Assembly (NCBI RefSeq): GCF_009914755.1
Contig: NC_060925.1
DNA length: 64,000 bases
DNA from: the human T2T-CHM13v2.0 reference genome, Homo sapiens
Strand: one strand, 5' to 3'
Shown here: positions 12,654 to 33,260 of the stretch, one piece after another
Layout: the number at the start of each line of letters is the position of its first letter
Numbering within the stretch: position 1 is the first letter of the stretch
Notes under the pieces: generated by a model
What the model saw: only the letters and a program-made list of their open reading frames with translations
Told to the model about the DNA's origin: nothing
Databases searched by the model: none
Translations under genes and position numbers: made by a program

Positions 12654-13354
12654 AAGTTTATTCTTAAGTATCTTATTTTTGTGTAGTTATTGTAAATGGA
12701 ATTATCTTCCTGATTTCTTTTAGGAAAGGATTCTTTTTAAACAATATTTTGTCATTAAGAACACTGCCCCCCCCTCATAATATATAATAATTTAATAGGG
12801 AATATGGAAAATGTGATTTGCTTTTGAACCATGTTTGAAAAAAGGTTTGCTAAACAAATACCTGGAGTAAAGAAGATAATGCCAATCCTAAAGACATTCT
12901 TTCTTTAAAGTTGAGAGCCCTCTCATTCAGAATATCATCATCTAATTTCAGGTTATATGTCAGGTGTAGTCCTACTGCTTTCAAAGGCCTATGTCTGGAT
13001 CTAGGATGAATTTTGCCATTCTTTAAAGAAAGACTAACTCGGTATTCGTGAGATGCACTCTAAGCTCCTCCCTGACCTCCCCCGTTTCTCTTCAGCTCTC
13101 TTTGCTCTGTTTTGACCTATCACTTATCTTACCAGCTTGCACCAGTTTAGTATCCTAATCAGTTACTTCTCTGGCACTCTACTGACATGGCATGGCGCAG
13201 TCAAAATAGTTTGCTAGAAAACAAAATGTTTGCAATAAAAATGTCTTCAACATGACAAATAAGTCAAAAATTATTGTTTCCAACTGCTGGTTTTTTGTAT
13301 GTTTAGTTATTCTGGTGGCCAGGGATTTGCTTTATTGCTTCTTTGGGCCTTTGA

Positions 13355-13741
<387 letters not shown>

Positions 13742-13753
13742 TAAATATTTGCA

Positions 13754-14026
<273 letters not shown>

Positions 14027-14266
14027 TATATATATATATATATTTGCAATGGCTTGATAATATGAAACATTTACGTTGCTTCTTAATAATTATCTAAGAA
14101 TTAATTTAGATTAAAAAGCACAAAAGTTTGAAACATACCTAAAATATTATGATAATCTGACAGTACTGCTTTAAAACTTTAAAGGTGGCAAAACAATCCA
14201 TATGGAAAACAAGCAGCTGAGAATATTCCTTTTTGACCCATTTATCTTCAAATTCAATTTGTTTTC

Positions 14267-14540
14267 CTTTTTTTTTTTTTTTTTGAGATGGAGTCTTGCT
14301 CTGTCGCCCAGGCTGGAGTGCAGTGGCGCGATTTTGGCGCACTGCAAGCTCGGCCTCCCAGGTTCACGCCACTCTCCTGCCTCAGCCTCCTGAGTAGCTG
14401 GGACTACAGGCACCCACCACCACGTAGAGATGGAGTTTCACCATGTTAGCTAGGATGGTCTCGATCTCCTGACCTCGTGATCCTTCCACCTTGGCCTCCC
14501 AAAGTGCTGGGATTACAGGCGTGAGCCACTGCACCCGGCC
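14267..14540 (-). mobile_element. AluY-like with linker deletion
   Basis: AluY-type GCAAGCTC/TTCACGCC and TTAGCTAGGATGGTCTCGATCTCC. Confidence 0.9.
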
Positions 14541-15129
14541 AAATTAAATTTGTTTTTAACCAGATTACCTGAGGCTCAATCTATGTCATCCTAATTCCCA
14601 CTCTGGTCTGATATGGCTTGACTCCTGTTCCTTGTTTTTGCTAGCCCAGGGGGATAGTTTTGACCTGTGCTCTTTGTAATGTACATCATCGCTATTTAGG
14701 ATCTTTTCTAGGAAGCATTCTTTCTAGAGATGGTCCTATGTATTTGCCAGACCTGTTTTCTTCCTTGACCCCTAGCTACTAAAAGTCCTAACCCTGAGTA
14801 GCTTCCCCACCTCCCTCTTTTCCTCCCTCCCTTCCCTCCTTTCTTCCTTCCATCTCTAGTAAAGTATTTTAGGCAAATGGGATGGGGAGTTCAATAATAA
14901 CAATAATAAATTGATGATAGCCAAGATTTCTGGGATACTTACCATATGCCAAGCATTGCTCTAAGCACTTTAGATGTAGTAACACTCATTAATTCCTCAC
15001 AAAAATGCTATAAACTAGGAACTGTTACAATCCCCATTTTACAGACATATACAGATACAGAGAGGTTAAGTAGCTTCCCCAAGGTCACATAATCAGTATT
15101 GTCTCGAGTCATCAGAAAGTAGTCATCAT

Positions 15130-15447
<318 letters not shown>

Positions 15448-15736
15448 TCACCAAAAATACACAAGTAGAAATTGTCATTTTTAGCTATTAATACCATAGG
15501 AGACTAATCCATAGAATTTAAGGCCATCTTGACTTAGAAAAACCCTGTTTTGGGTTCCTTTTATGTTAGTAGAGCAAAACAACCATTATGAAAGCATGTG
15601 CCATGAAAGGTGCCTTTGAAACCAGAGATTCACCACAGAGAACTACCCCTTGCTTATCTGAATTTGGGGTAGTTATCAGTCTCTAGTCAGCTAAGTTGGG
15701 GACAAAGATGATGGGACATGGTTTTGTTAGCAGCTT

Positions 15737-16049
15737 ATCTATTTATTTATTTATTTATTTTTTGAGATGGAGTTTCACTCTTTCACCCAGGCTGGAGTGA
15801 AGTGGTGCAATCTCGGCTCACTGCAACGTCCGCCCCCTCGGTGGGTTCAAGCAATTCTCCTGTGTCAGCCTCCAAAGCAGCTGGGATTACAGGCGCATGC
15901 CACCACACCAGGCTGATTTTTGTATGTTTAGTAGAGATGGGATTTCACCATGTTGGCCAGGCTAGTCTTGAACTTCTGACCTCAGGTGATCCACCCACCT
16001 CAGCCTCCCAAAGTGCTGCAATTACAGGTGTGAGTCACCACGCCCAGCC
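15737..16049 (-). mobile_element. Alu
   Basis: Antisense Alu with (TTTA)n tail. Confidence 0.95.
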
Positions 16050-17275
16050 AACTAACAGCTTAATTTTAAGGTCACCTATTTCTAGGAAGTTCTGGGTGTC
16101 CTGGTCCCCATATTCCATGCTATAAGATCATTCAGTGTGAGAACCTGGACTTTATAGCCCTCACCCAAAGCAGCAGCAGATAGTTGGAATTATTGGACAG
16201 CTGCACATCAAGCCTACTGTGATTCAGCTGAGGGGTGCATGCAGCGAAGGAGGCCTCTAACATCACAGTGACTGGCTTTGTGTATCCATCTGCCTGGGGA
16301 TCCAGACCTGGGTGTTCTACCTGGACCTTCATACTGCTGCACTGGTGAGCAAGATGAGGCTTAAATAAAGCATACTATTCAATTTGTGGTGACCTCTGAG
16401 AACCCCAAATCTGCCATGAATCCCTGCACCACACAATACCTGTGACACCTGTGCCAAGGTGAGGTCCAGTAGCTACCAAACCTACTTCTGAGCTGCATAT
16501 TAGAGTGAAGCCTTCCTCCCTACCCTCCCTCTGTCTTACCTTTTGCACAAATCATGGGTTCAGATGTTATACCTATTATTGCACTCTGATAAGTTTTTTT
16601 TTTTTTTTTTTTTGCAGTCATGGAATAAGGCCATACCCTGTGGGTAGGGTATAAAGGTTTCCCTCTATATAGTAGGTGTTCTTATTATCAGTCATTCAAA
16701 GAAAAAGAGAATCCTCACCAGAAAATCTTGGAACATAGAACAGATGGAAGGTGGCACTTCTGGATATGCCTTTTTACATCTGAACTTGGAAGAGTTAAGA
16801 ATTGTTGAAGGCCCTTCTCACTGATCAGGGGAAATAGCTTCTGTCACAGAGCTGCCTACTCCAGGAGAACCAAAAATGAAAGTAAACACTCATATTTTGT
16901 AAGTCTGTTCCTCAACTTCCATCAATCAAGTTTAATCTAAATCAAGGATTCAAACTGAGAAGCATTTAAGGACCAAGAAAAAGTTAATTAGCCCAGTATA
17001 AGTCAACAAGAAATGGTAAGCAGTATGGAGGAAAAGAAGTGCCACACCCTTCTAGGCATCCAAATTCAAGCATTTACAATGTACTTCATGAAGCAGTACC
17101 CTATACAGCACTAATAACAGCCCAAACTTGCTTGACATTTCTACATAACACATTATTCATTAATTCAGAAGAAAAATAGAATTCTTAAAACTCCTAACTT
17201 TATTTTTAATTAATATAAAGGAGGAACCAACAACAACAAAAAATTGTGTGGGAGTTAGAAAATAAGGACTAGGCG

Positions 17276-18627
<1,352 letters not shown>

Positions 18628-18957
18628 AGAGACCTGGTGGATTTCCGTACAACTTCATAATTTCCCCCTATCCAAGACCCATGGTTCCATTTTTGTCACC
18701 GTGGCCACAGTGGCTGAAATGGCTCACTTCATCTTTTGCACTAAACAGCCTTCAGCCCCACACTGCACCGCTAAATGGACAAGTTCTTTTTTCCCTAGTG
18801 TCTTAAATTCATGGCCTCAGTCTGAGGCCTTTAGTTTTATACTGCTTTGGGAGAGTCCTCTTTACAGTCTTAGAGATATACATATACCTCTTACTGTTTA
18901 CCACCACTAATTTAATAGCAAGAAAGAAACTGGAAATCTTGTAGGAATACTCTGTTC

Positions 18958-19262
18958 CTTTTTTTGTTTTTTGAGACGAAGTCTCACTCTTGTCACCAGG
19001 CTGGAGTGCAATGGCGCAATCTTGGGATCTTGGTTCACTGCAACCTCTGCCTCCCAGGTTCAAGTAATTCTCCTGCCTCAGCCTCCCCAGTAACTGGGAT
19101 TATAGGTGCCTGCCAACACGCCTGGCTAATTTTTATATTTTTAGTAGAGACGAGGTTTCACCATGTTGGCCAGGCTGGTCTCGAACACCTGAACTCAGGT
19201 TATCTGCCTGCCTCGGCCTCCCAGTGTGCTGGGATTACAAGTGTGAGCCACTGCGCCTGGCC
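18958..19262 (-). mobile_element. Alu
   Basis: Full antisense Alu. Confidence 0.95.
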
Positions 19263-20090
19263 AAGGAACACTCTTTGTTCTATGCTACCTACTAGGACAG
19301 CTAGTCTACTCAGTTACCCCAAAACCAAAAGGATAGTAACTCAACAAGCTCAGAATACACCATTCTGCTTGCAGCCATTGTTTTCACCACTACCCCATTT
19401 CCCCCTGCACACATAGCTCATTACCTTGTCACATGTACACTTACTATAGTCACAGCAGGAGCTAGAATCTGGAGATGTTACATGCCACACAAGAGGTCAG
19501 TGAGAAGCACAAAACCATACATTGCAAATGGGTAACATATCAGTGTAGCCATCCAAGCAGAGGATTAGGTATGGCCTTCATCTCATGTTCCCATTAGGCT
19601 CAGATGGGCTAGATAATGGGGTTTTGCTCCTGTTTCCAATTCAAAGATAGTCAACCTGGGAGCTTTCTAACTCTATCATATGTATTTCATTTGTTTCACC
19701 AGTTACTCATTTGATCAACCCAGGGAAGACCATATCATGAATGAAACACAGCCCAAGTATGCTTTAACCATAACGTGGGAGTGCATAATTCAGGCTACCA
19801 AGACCATTTAACAGAATCCAGTGGAATGAGGGAAGTCTGGACTACAGGAGTTAGTGGGGGAATTCTCAGTCACTGCAACCATGCTTCTAAACAAAGGCCT
19901 TCACCAAGAACCTAGGGCAATCTTATTCCATCTGCCAGAACTTATAGGGATATCACTAAATTATGCTTAGTCAAAATTGGGTAATTTGTAGTTTATAAAT
20001 ACTATAAAACTGATATTTAAATCTAGGTCTACTTAATTCCTAGCTTCTGTTCTTAAGTGCTAGATTATTTTGATTCATTTATTTTGTTCA

Positions 20091-23005
<2,915 letters not shown>

Positions 23006-24599
23006 GAATGCAAAAGCCATAGAACCTTTTCCTAGGAGAGAATGCTAGGAGGAAGGAGGGAAACAGTATATTTTAAGGTAAATAAGAAAGGCCTAATGCC
23101 CCGTGGTTAGATTTTTCTATCTACATATTGGAGATAAGTTTAAATTTTGTGTTAGTGTTTGGGTATTACTTCCTGCCAACGTGAAAAGTTAACCTTTCTA
23201 AGACAATCTCTACTAAGAATTTGGACTTTTTCAAGATTTTTGCCTACTTCTTTCAAAGAGATTGCAAAACGATTTTAACTCACTAAAGAACATTTTTCAC
23301 CTCTTGATTGTCCAGTACAAGTGTAGTACAGTTCTTTTTTTATGTATCCTCCCTTTGTTTTTATAGACTGGAAGGTATCCAGAAATAAGGCATTCAGAAA
23401 TGGAGGCACACATAGATGAAGGCAAAGGCCATTCCTATGAAGGCAGGTCTGTAGGCAGCTGGTTATTTGTTTTTCTCAGCCTCTCTTGGCATTCTACCTT
23501 CATCTGGAAAAAAATTTAAAAAGGAGGATACTTTATAGGTCCTGTCTCAAGTATCTGACTTCCCTGGGAAGCTTGATTCTCACATTCAAAATACATGGGG
23601 AGTTTGGTTCAGTTAAATTTTATCACACCAGAATTGTTGAAAAGCAATAAATTATTACTGTATAATTGGTGCCTGTTTGTTATCTTAGGTATTGTTATTT
23701 CTGTTTTTAACTTGTTTGGAAAACCATAGACCATAAACTTTTCTGAACGTTCGATGCAGAGCTCCAACCGAACTAGCAAAGAACATTTCCTCAAAGAAAC
23801 GGAGTATTTTTTTCTGTAACAATGTAACTTTCTGTCTTTCATTCTTCAAAATGTATCACTATAAATTTCCTACAAAAAGAGCTATTTCTTCTCTCAGTAT
23901 CATACAGATTGATTTGTATAGATGTATATGTATGGCTGTTAAATTGTTTGTTGGTATAAAATGGTGAGTGTCAGTATAATAATGATGATAATAAATAGCG
24001 GCTAACATTTAAAGCGCATACTCTGTTCCAGGCACCGTTGTAAGCATTTTACATCGAGTTGCTCAATCTAAAACCACTTTTATCTGGTTGTCTTTATTTA
24101 TCTAGCAAAACTTTTAAGAATCTATGCTGCAATAAATTCCACAACTCAGCCTTCATCTTCCCAACAAAAATAACTAGAATTCCAGTGTTTTCTCTTTATC
24201 AGTTTGTCTTCAGGAAGCCGTCAACATTTTAGAACCATGCTAGTCCCCAGGACTTGATCTGAATATACAATAGGTAGCTGCATTGCCTATCTTAGGACAT
24301 AGACCAGTAAACAAAATCAAAGGTAACTTTGCACTTAGTATAAGCCCTTGATGTTAGCTTCACTGAAGTAGGAGAGGCAATAAAAATGTTGACTTGAAGT
24401 CTGCTCTACCTTTCACCATCTTTCAGAAAAATGTTGATCAGGACTAGCCTCCTCAGCAAATGTAGGCATATATAAAAATATATTTCTTCATCCTTTATGA
24501 TGTAATAAAGACTAATGGCTTAGACTTAGAAATCTAACAAAGTGACAATAGTTTTTTTCTCCCAATTCAGACCTATTTCTGTTCTTAAAAAGACATTTA

Positions 24600-26985
<2,386 letters not shown>

Positions 26986-27589
26986 ACAGATTTCAAAACA
27001 CTAAATAGAAAGTGATCACAATTTTTTTAAAAGAAATATGCATAAAATGAACACAAAGGCAATATTAGATTATAACAAAATCCTTTGGTGATAGGATTAT
27101 AGGGGGTTATTTATTTCCTTCTTTGTCTCTTCATTTGGATCTTTAAAATGTCAACATGGTGCCATGACTATCTGGAGAAAAAAAGGCAGACATTCTATAC
27201 AGAGAGAGAGCTATTTTATTTTAAGCATCTGTGATGAGTGATGGAGCATTTCACACACAACAAGGATGAAAAGAGGGAGGGTTTGTCAGATGAAATCATA
27301 GAATATTCAACTGGAGGGTGGGTTAGAAATAATTTAATTCAACTTCCTTTGTTTTATATATGAAAAGATTCAAGTTTATCCAAGGCCACACAGGTAATGT
27401 TTAGAATCCAGAATAACAATTGGATTTTCTACTTTCCAGGATCTTTAGCTCATCTTTCTTCCTTTCTATTTATGTATAATGCAGGAGCTGGCAAGTAGAG
27501 CTCTTTTAAGTCTGAAAAAAGAGATAGAAAATGTTTAGGATAAAGAGAAAGAGAAAAGCTATATCTTAAATAGCATGGTGACATGGCTT

Positions 27590-27890
27590 TTCTTTTCTTT
27601 TTTTTTTTTGGAGACAGGGTCTCGCTCTGTCGCTCACGCTGGAGTGCAGTGGCATGATCATACCCCACTGTAACCTCAAACTCCTAGGCTCAAGCAGTTC
27701 TCCCACTTCAACCTTCTGCGGGGCTAGGACTACAGGAAGACACCACCATGCCCAGCTAATTTTTAAAATTTTTTGTAGATAAGGGGACTCACTATGTTTC
27801 CCAGGCTTGTCTTGAACTCATAACCTCAATGAATCTTCTTGCCTCGGCCTCCTGAAACATTGGAATTGCAGGCGGGAGCCACTCTGCCCA
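27590..27890 (-). mobile_element. AluJ-like
   Basis: Diverged antisense Alu (GCTCAAGCAG, TATGTTTCCCAGG). Confidence 0.9.
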
Positions 27891-28002
27891 CAGCCTCTTC
27901 CTATTTTTGAATTGGCATTTGCCAAAAAAAATAAAATAAAATAAAATGAAAAAACCCCACCATGCACACACTTTGTAGTTGTCTTCAGAATAGCATGTTT
28001 TA

Positions 28003-28466
<464 letters not shown>

Positions 28467-28620
28467 CTAAAGTATGGGTTATTGATGGCTGATGTTAGAA
28501 ATGTTTGATGTAATTTTGATTAACAAACAAAATGTCGTTGTCAAAAAATGGTATACATCTTTGTGTTAGAAAGCTAACATCATGTACATTTTTGTTCATA
28601 TATTTAGACATTAAACTAAT

Positions 28621-28914
<294 letters not shown>

Positions 28915-29467
28915 TGTTCAACCAGTTATTTATTGAGCTCCTACCATGAGGCTGATTCTGTGCTATCCCTGGATATAAAATGGAAATTGAAACAGACCTA
29001 AACCCTGACCTTGGAGTTCAGTCTAGTATATAATAGTCTCTACGAAATTATACATATAAGTCAGGAATCGTATCTTATTCATCAGTACAATGAATATAGT
29101 AGGTTTTCTTTGAATATTTGTAGACTAAATGAATGGATTTTACCAGACGTTACCTTGCCATAAACTAAGAAATAGTTACTATTACTCCAGACATATATGT
29201 ACTTATGGAGGTTTGAGAAATAATGTGGACTAAGAAGCCCTTATATAGCCTCACCCAACTTTAGCATGCTCCTTCCAGAGCCAACCCATCATTCAAATAA
29301 TCCAAAATTCTGTCTAATATCTGGTTATGAACAGATTCCTGAGACAAAACAAAATGTGGCCACCTATTAATAAAGCAAACAGTCTTGGTGTTCAGACACT
29401 GCTGCCGTTTAGTTCAGAACAGATTATTGTCATTATTATAATTTTGTTTATTAAAAAGAAAACTCTT

Positions 29468-30075
<608 letters not shown>

Positions 30076-30413
30076 GAAAACTCTGACATTTATTTTCCAA
30101 TGGTTTTCATTACCATTGAGATAATTTGAGAAGTATTGGGATAATTTGGGGAAGTAATCTGAGAGATTATATGACCAAGCACTTTTGGAAGCAAGTAACA
30201 GATTTCAACACAAATACATAACAGAAATCTCTAAAGTAATACATTTTGAAATGAGGAACTGTATCAGGAACTTTTAAAGTTTTAGAGACAAGTCAGTATG
30301 CAACCTTATCTTTTCATTTGCTGGCATCTCAGTGAAATCAGGATCTGTGCTATCAAATCAAAGAAGCAAAAGCCTATAAGGACTTTCCTCTATCTCCCCT
30401 GTAAATAATAGAT

Positions 30414-30572
30414 TTTTCTTTTTTTTTTTTTTTTTTTGAGGCAGAGTTTTGTTCTTGTTGCCCAGGCTGGAGTGCAGTGGCACGATCTCAGCTCACTACA
30501 ACCTCCGCCTCCCGGGTTCAAGCAATTCTCCCAAAGTGTTGGGATTATAGGCGTGAGCCACCACGCCCAGCC
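30414..30572 (-). mobile_element. Alu with large internal deletion
   Basis: CAATTCTCC joined directly to CAAAGTGTTGGG. Confidence 0.9.
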
Positions 30573-30676
30573 GTAAATAATGGATTTTTCCTACTTTAAT
30601 TTACCTGGGGGAGTAAACACAATATGAAAGGGCAAAAACTTGACCTTCCCTAAATCTGATCTACCTAATTAAATGC

Positions 30677-31460
30677 TGGCCAGCTGCAGTGTCTCATGCC
30701 TGTAATCCTGGCACTTTGGGAGGCCCAGGCAGGCGGATCACTTGAGGCCAGGCCAGGAGTTTGAGACCAGCCTGGCCATCATGGCGAAACTCTGTCTCTG
30801 CTAAAAATACAAAAATTGGGAGGGATAGCATTAAGAGAAATACCTAATGTAAATGATGGGTTAATGGGTGCAGCACACCAACATGGCACATGTATACATA
30901 TGTAACAAACCTGCACGTTGTGCACATGTACCCTAGAAATTAAAGTATAATAATAAAAAGAAATCTCACATATCAGAATATGTTACATTCTTTACAGGTA
31001 CTAAGATTTCCTTTAATGGATTTTTGAAGTCATATTTATAAAAAGTTATTATATTAACCAGGGAGGAGATGAGTACTTAAGGCAAAAAAAGACATTTTTT
31101 TCTCTGAGTCAGCAATACTTGTCCTTAAATTTCCCATTGGAGGGCAAAGCCGATTTGAAATCTGTCTCCTTTTTGTCTCTTGGGATTGTTCTCACCTGAA
31201 CAGAACATTACAGCATTTACTACAGGGCCAAATGAAAGACAGAAGTCAGAGAGTAACTCCTAGAAAATGGAATAAATTGTTCCTGAAGGTTAAAAAAAAA
31301 ATACAAAAATTAACCAGGCATGTGGCCCACGCCTGTAATCCCAGCTACTCTTGGGAGGCTGAGGCAGGAGAATCACTTGAACTCAGGAGGTAGAGGTTGC
31401 AGAGATGGTGCCACTGTACTCCAGCCTGGGTGACAGAGTGAGACTCTGTCTCAAAAAAAT
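30677..31460 (+). mobile_element. Alu split at its A-rich linker (arms 30677-30817 and 31312-31460)
   Basis: Left and right monomers separated by an insertion bounded by AAAAATACAAAAATT. Confidence 0.92.
30818..31296 (+). mobile_element. L1PA 3' fragment (30818-30959) plus 3'-transduced sequence (30960-31291) and A-tail
   Basis: L1PA terminus, ~330 bp non-L1 sequence, AATAAA 31271-31276, A-run from 31292, 15-bp TSD. Confidence 0.85.
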
Positions 31461-32339
31461 AAAGGAAAATGAAAAATAAAGTGGTGCTTACCTAGGACCT
31501 CCAAAAGTTAGCCTCTATTTTGTCTTCCAAAGGTAAGAGAGTAGATTGTCCTCTGGGCTGATATAAATGGGGAAGACAGTACTGTATGTGACCTTGTGTT
31601 CTGACATGATTCTGGCATCTGTGCAGAATCTTTTTGGTAGCATGTGCTTTGTCACTTTCTAGCAAGCAGGGAGACTAGGCAGGCACCTAGGGCCTGAGAG
31701 TCAACCAGTCCACACGTTTCCAAACCATGAGGGTAGGAGAAAGGGGTCCCAATATTCTCAGCATTTGGGTAGTTACTACTCCGAGATGGGTTTTAAAGCC
31801 AGTTAATAAAAAGGCACCATGCCACCGGAAGAGATATGTGAGCTTGGATCTCAAAGGGTATGTACTCTGAAGCTGAAATCATAAACCAGAGCATCTGATG
31901 TGTGTCTCATACACAATGAGGGAGGAAGGACTGCTGACGGAAATGTCACACGCAGCTGCTTTTAGCACTTGGCTCTCACTGATGAAGCTTCCCTCTCTGC
32001 CACTACACACCACCCTCTTCCTACATGAGAGACCTTTAGGGCTCTTTAGTTCTCATCCTGAAAGCTGTGGGACAGATTATAAATTGATATCTTTTATATC
32101 AGTATAGCTCATGCTTGGTTGATGTGCCTGATGGGCTATAGGAGTGATTGACTCAGCTACTATTTTGGTGAGGAAAGAGAGTCTTCCTTAGAAAGAGAAT
32201 TGTGTGCCTTGCCCTAAAAAGGTTAGGAATGCGGCCTATGGTCCTAATTAAGTGCCCTGTTAAACAGTGTCCCTTGAACAAGTCACTTTCTTCTTCTGCA
32301 ACTTCTCCAGCTATATAATTAAGCATGTAATCCTGTGTG

Positions 32340-32720
32340 ACTTCATAGTAGGGTTGTGAGGACAGGCTATTCCCACCGTCTGGAGTTGTCTTCCCCTCAC
32401 TTTTCCATTGCCAAATAAATCGTCCTTATCTTTTGGAGTTAAGTTGAAACATCAATTTCTTGAGATTGTTTCAGATCCTACTTTTCTACTGCCCAAAACC
32501 CGTAGTTCCCCAGTCTGTCACTTTATAGCACCTGGCACTTCCCTTTTTGCAACCAATGTCACGCTTATTGTAATAGTTGTTCAATGTCTATCTTCCCAAT
32601 TAGACTAGAAGTTTCATTAGCATAGAAATCCTATCTTTTGCACCTCGATTCTTAGCACAATCTTGGGCATTGTGCTTTGTACCTATTTGGATGATGAATG
32701 AAAGATGAATGATTACATCT
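32340..32720 (+). mobile_element. L2 3' fragment
   Basis: TGTCTATCTTCCCAATTAGACTAGAAG and ATGAATGAA-like end. Confidence 0.55.
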
Positions 32721-32896
32721 CATAATCACTTTGAGATTCCTTTCTGAAAACTCCAATATTGAACTCTTTGTGCCTTTCTAAATATGCTGGTAAAACTGAG
32801 AACAGGTTTTTCTATTAGAGTGAAAAGGACTGCTGTTTATTGAATGTTTCCCCCTACCTCGCTACTCCTTACCTTTTCCTATTATGACAATCTTAA

Positions 32897-33260
<364 letters not shown>

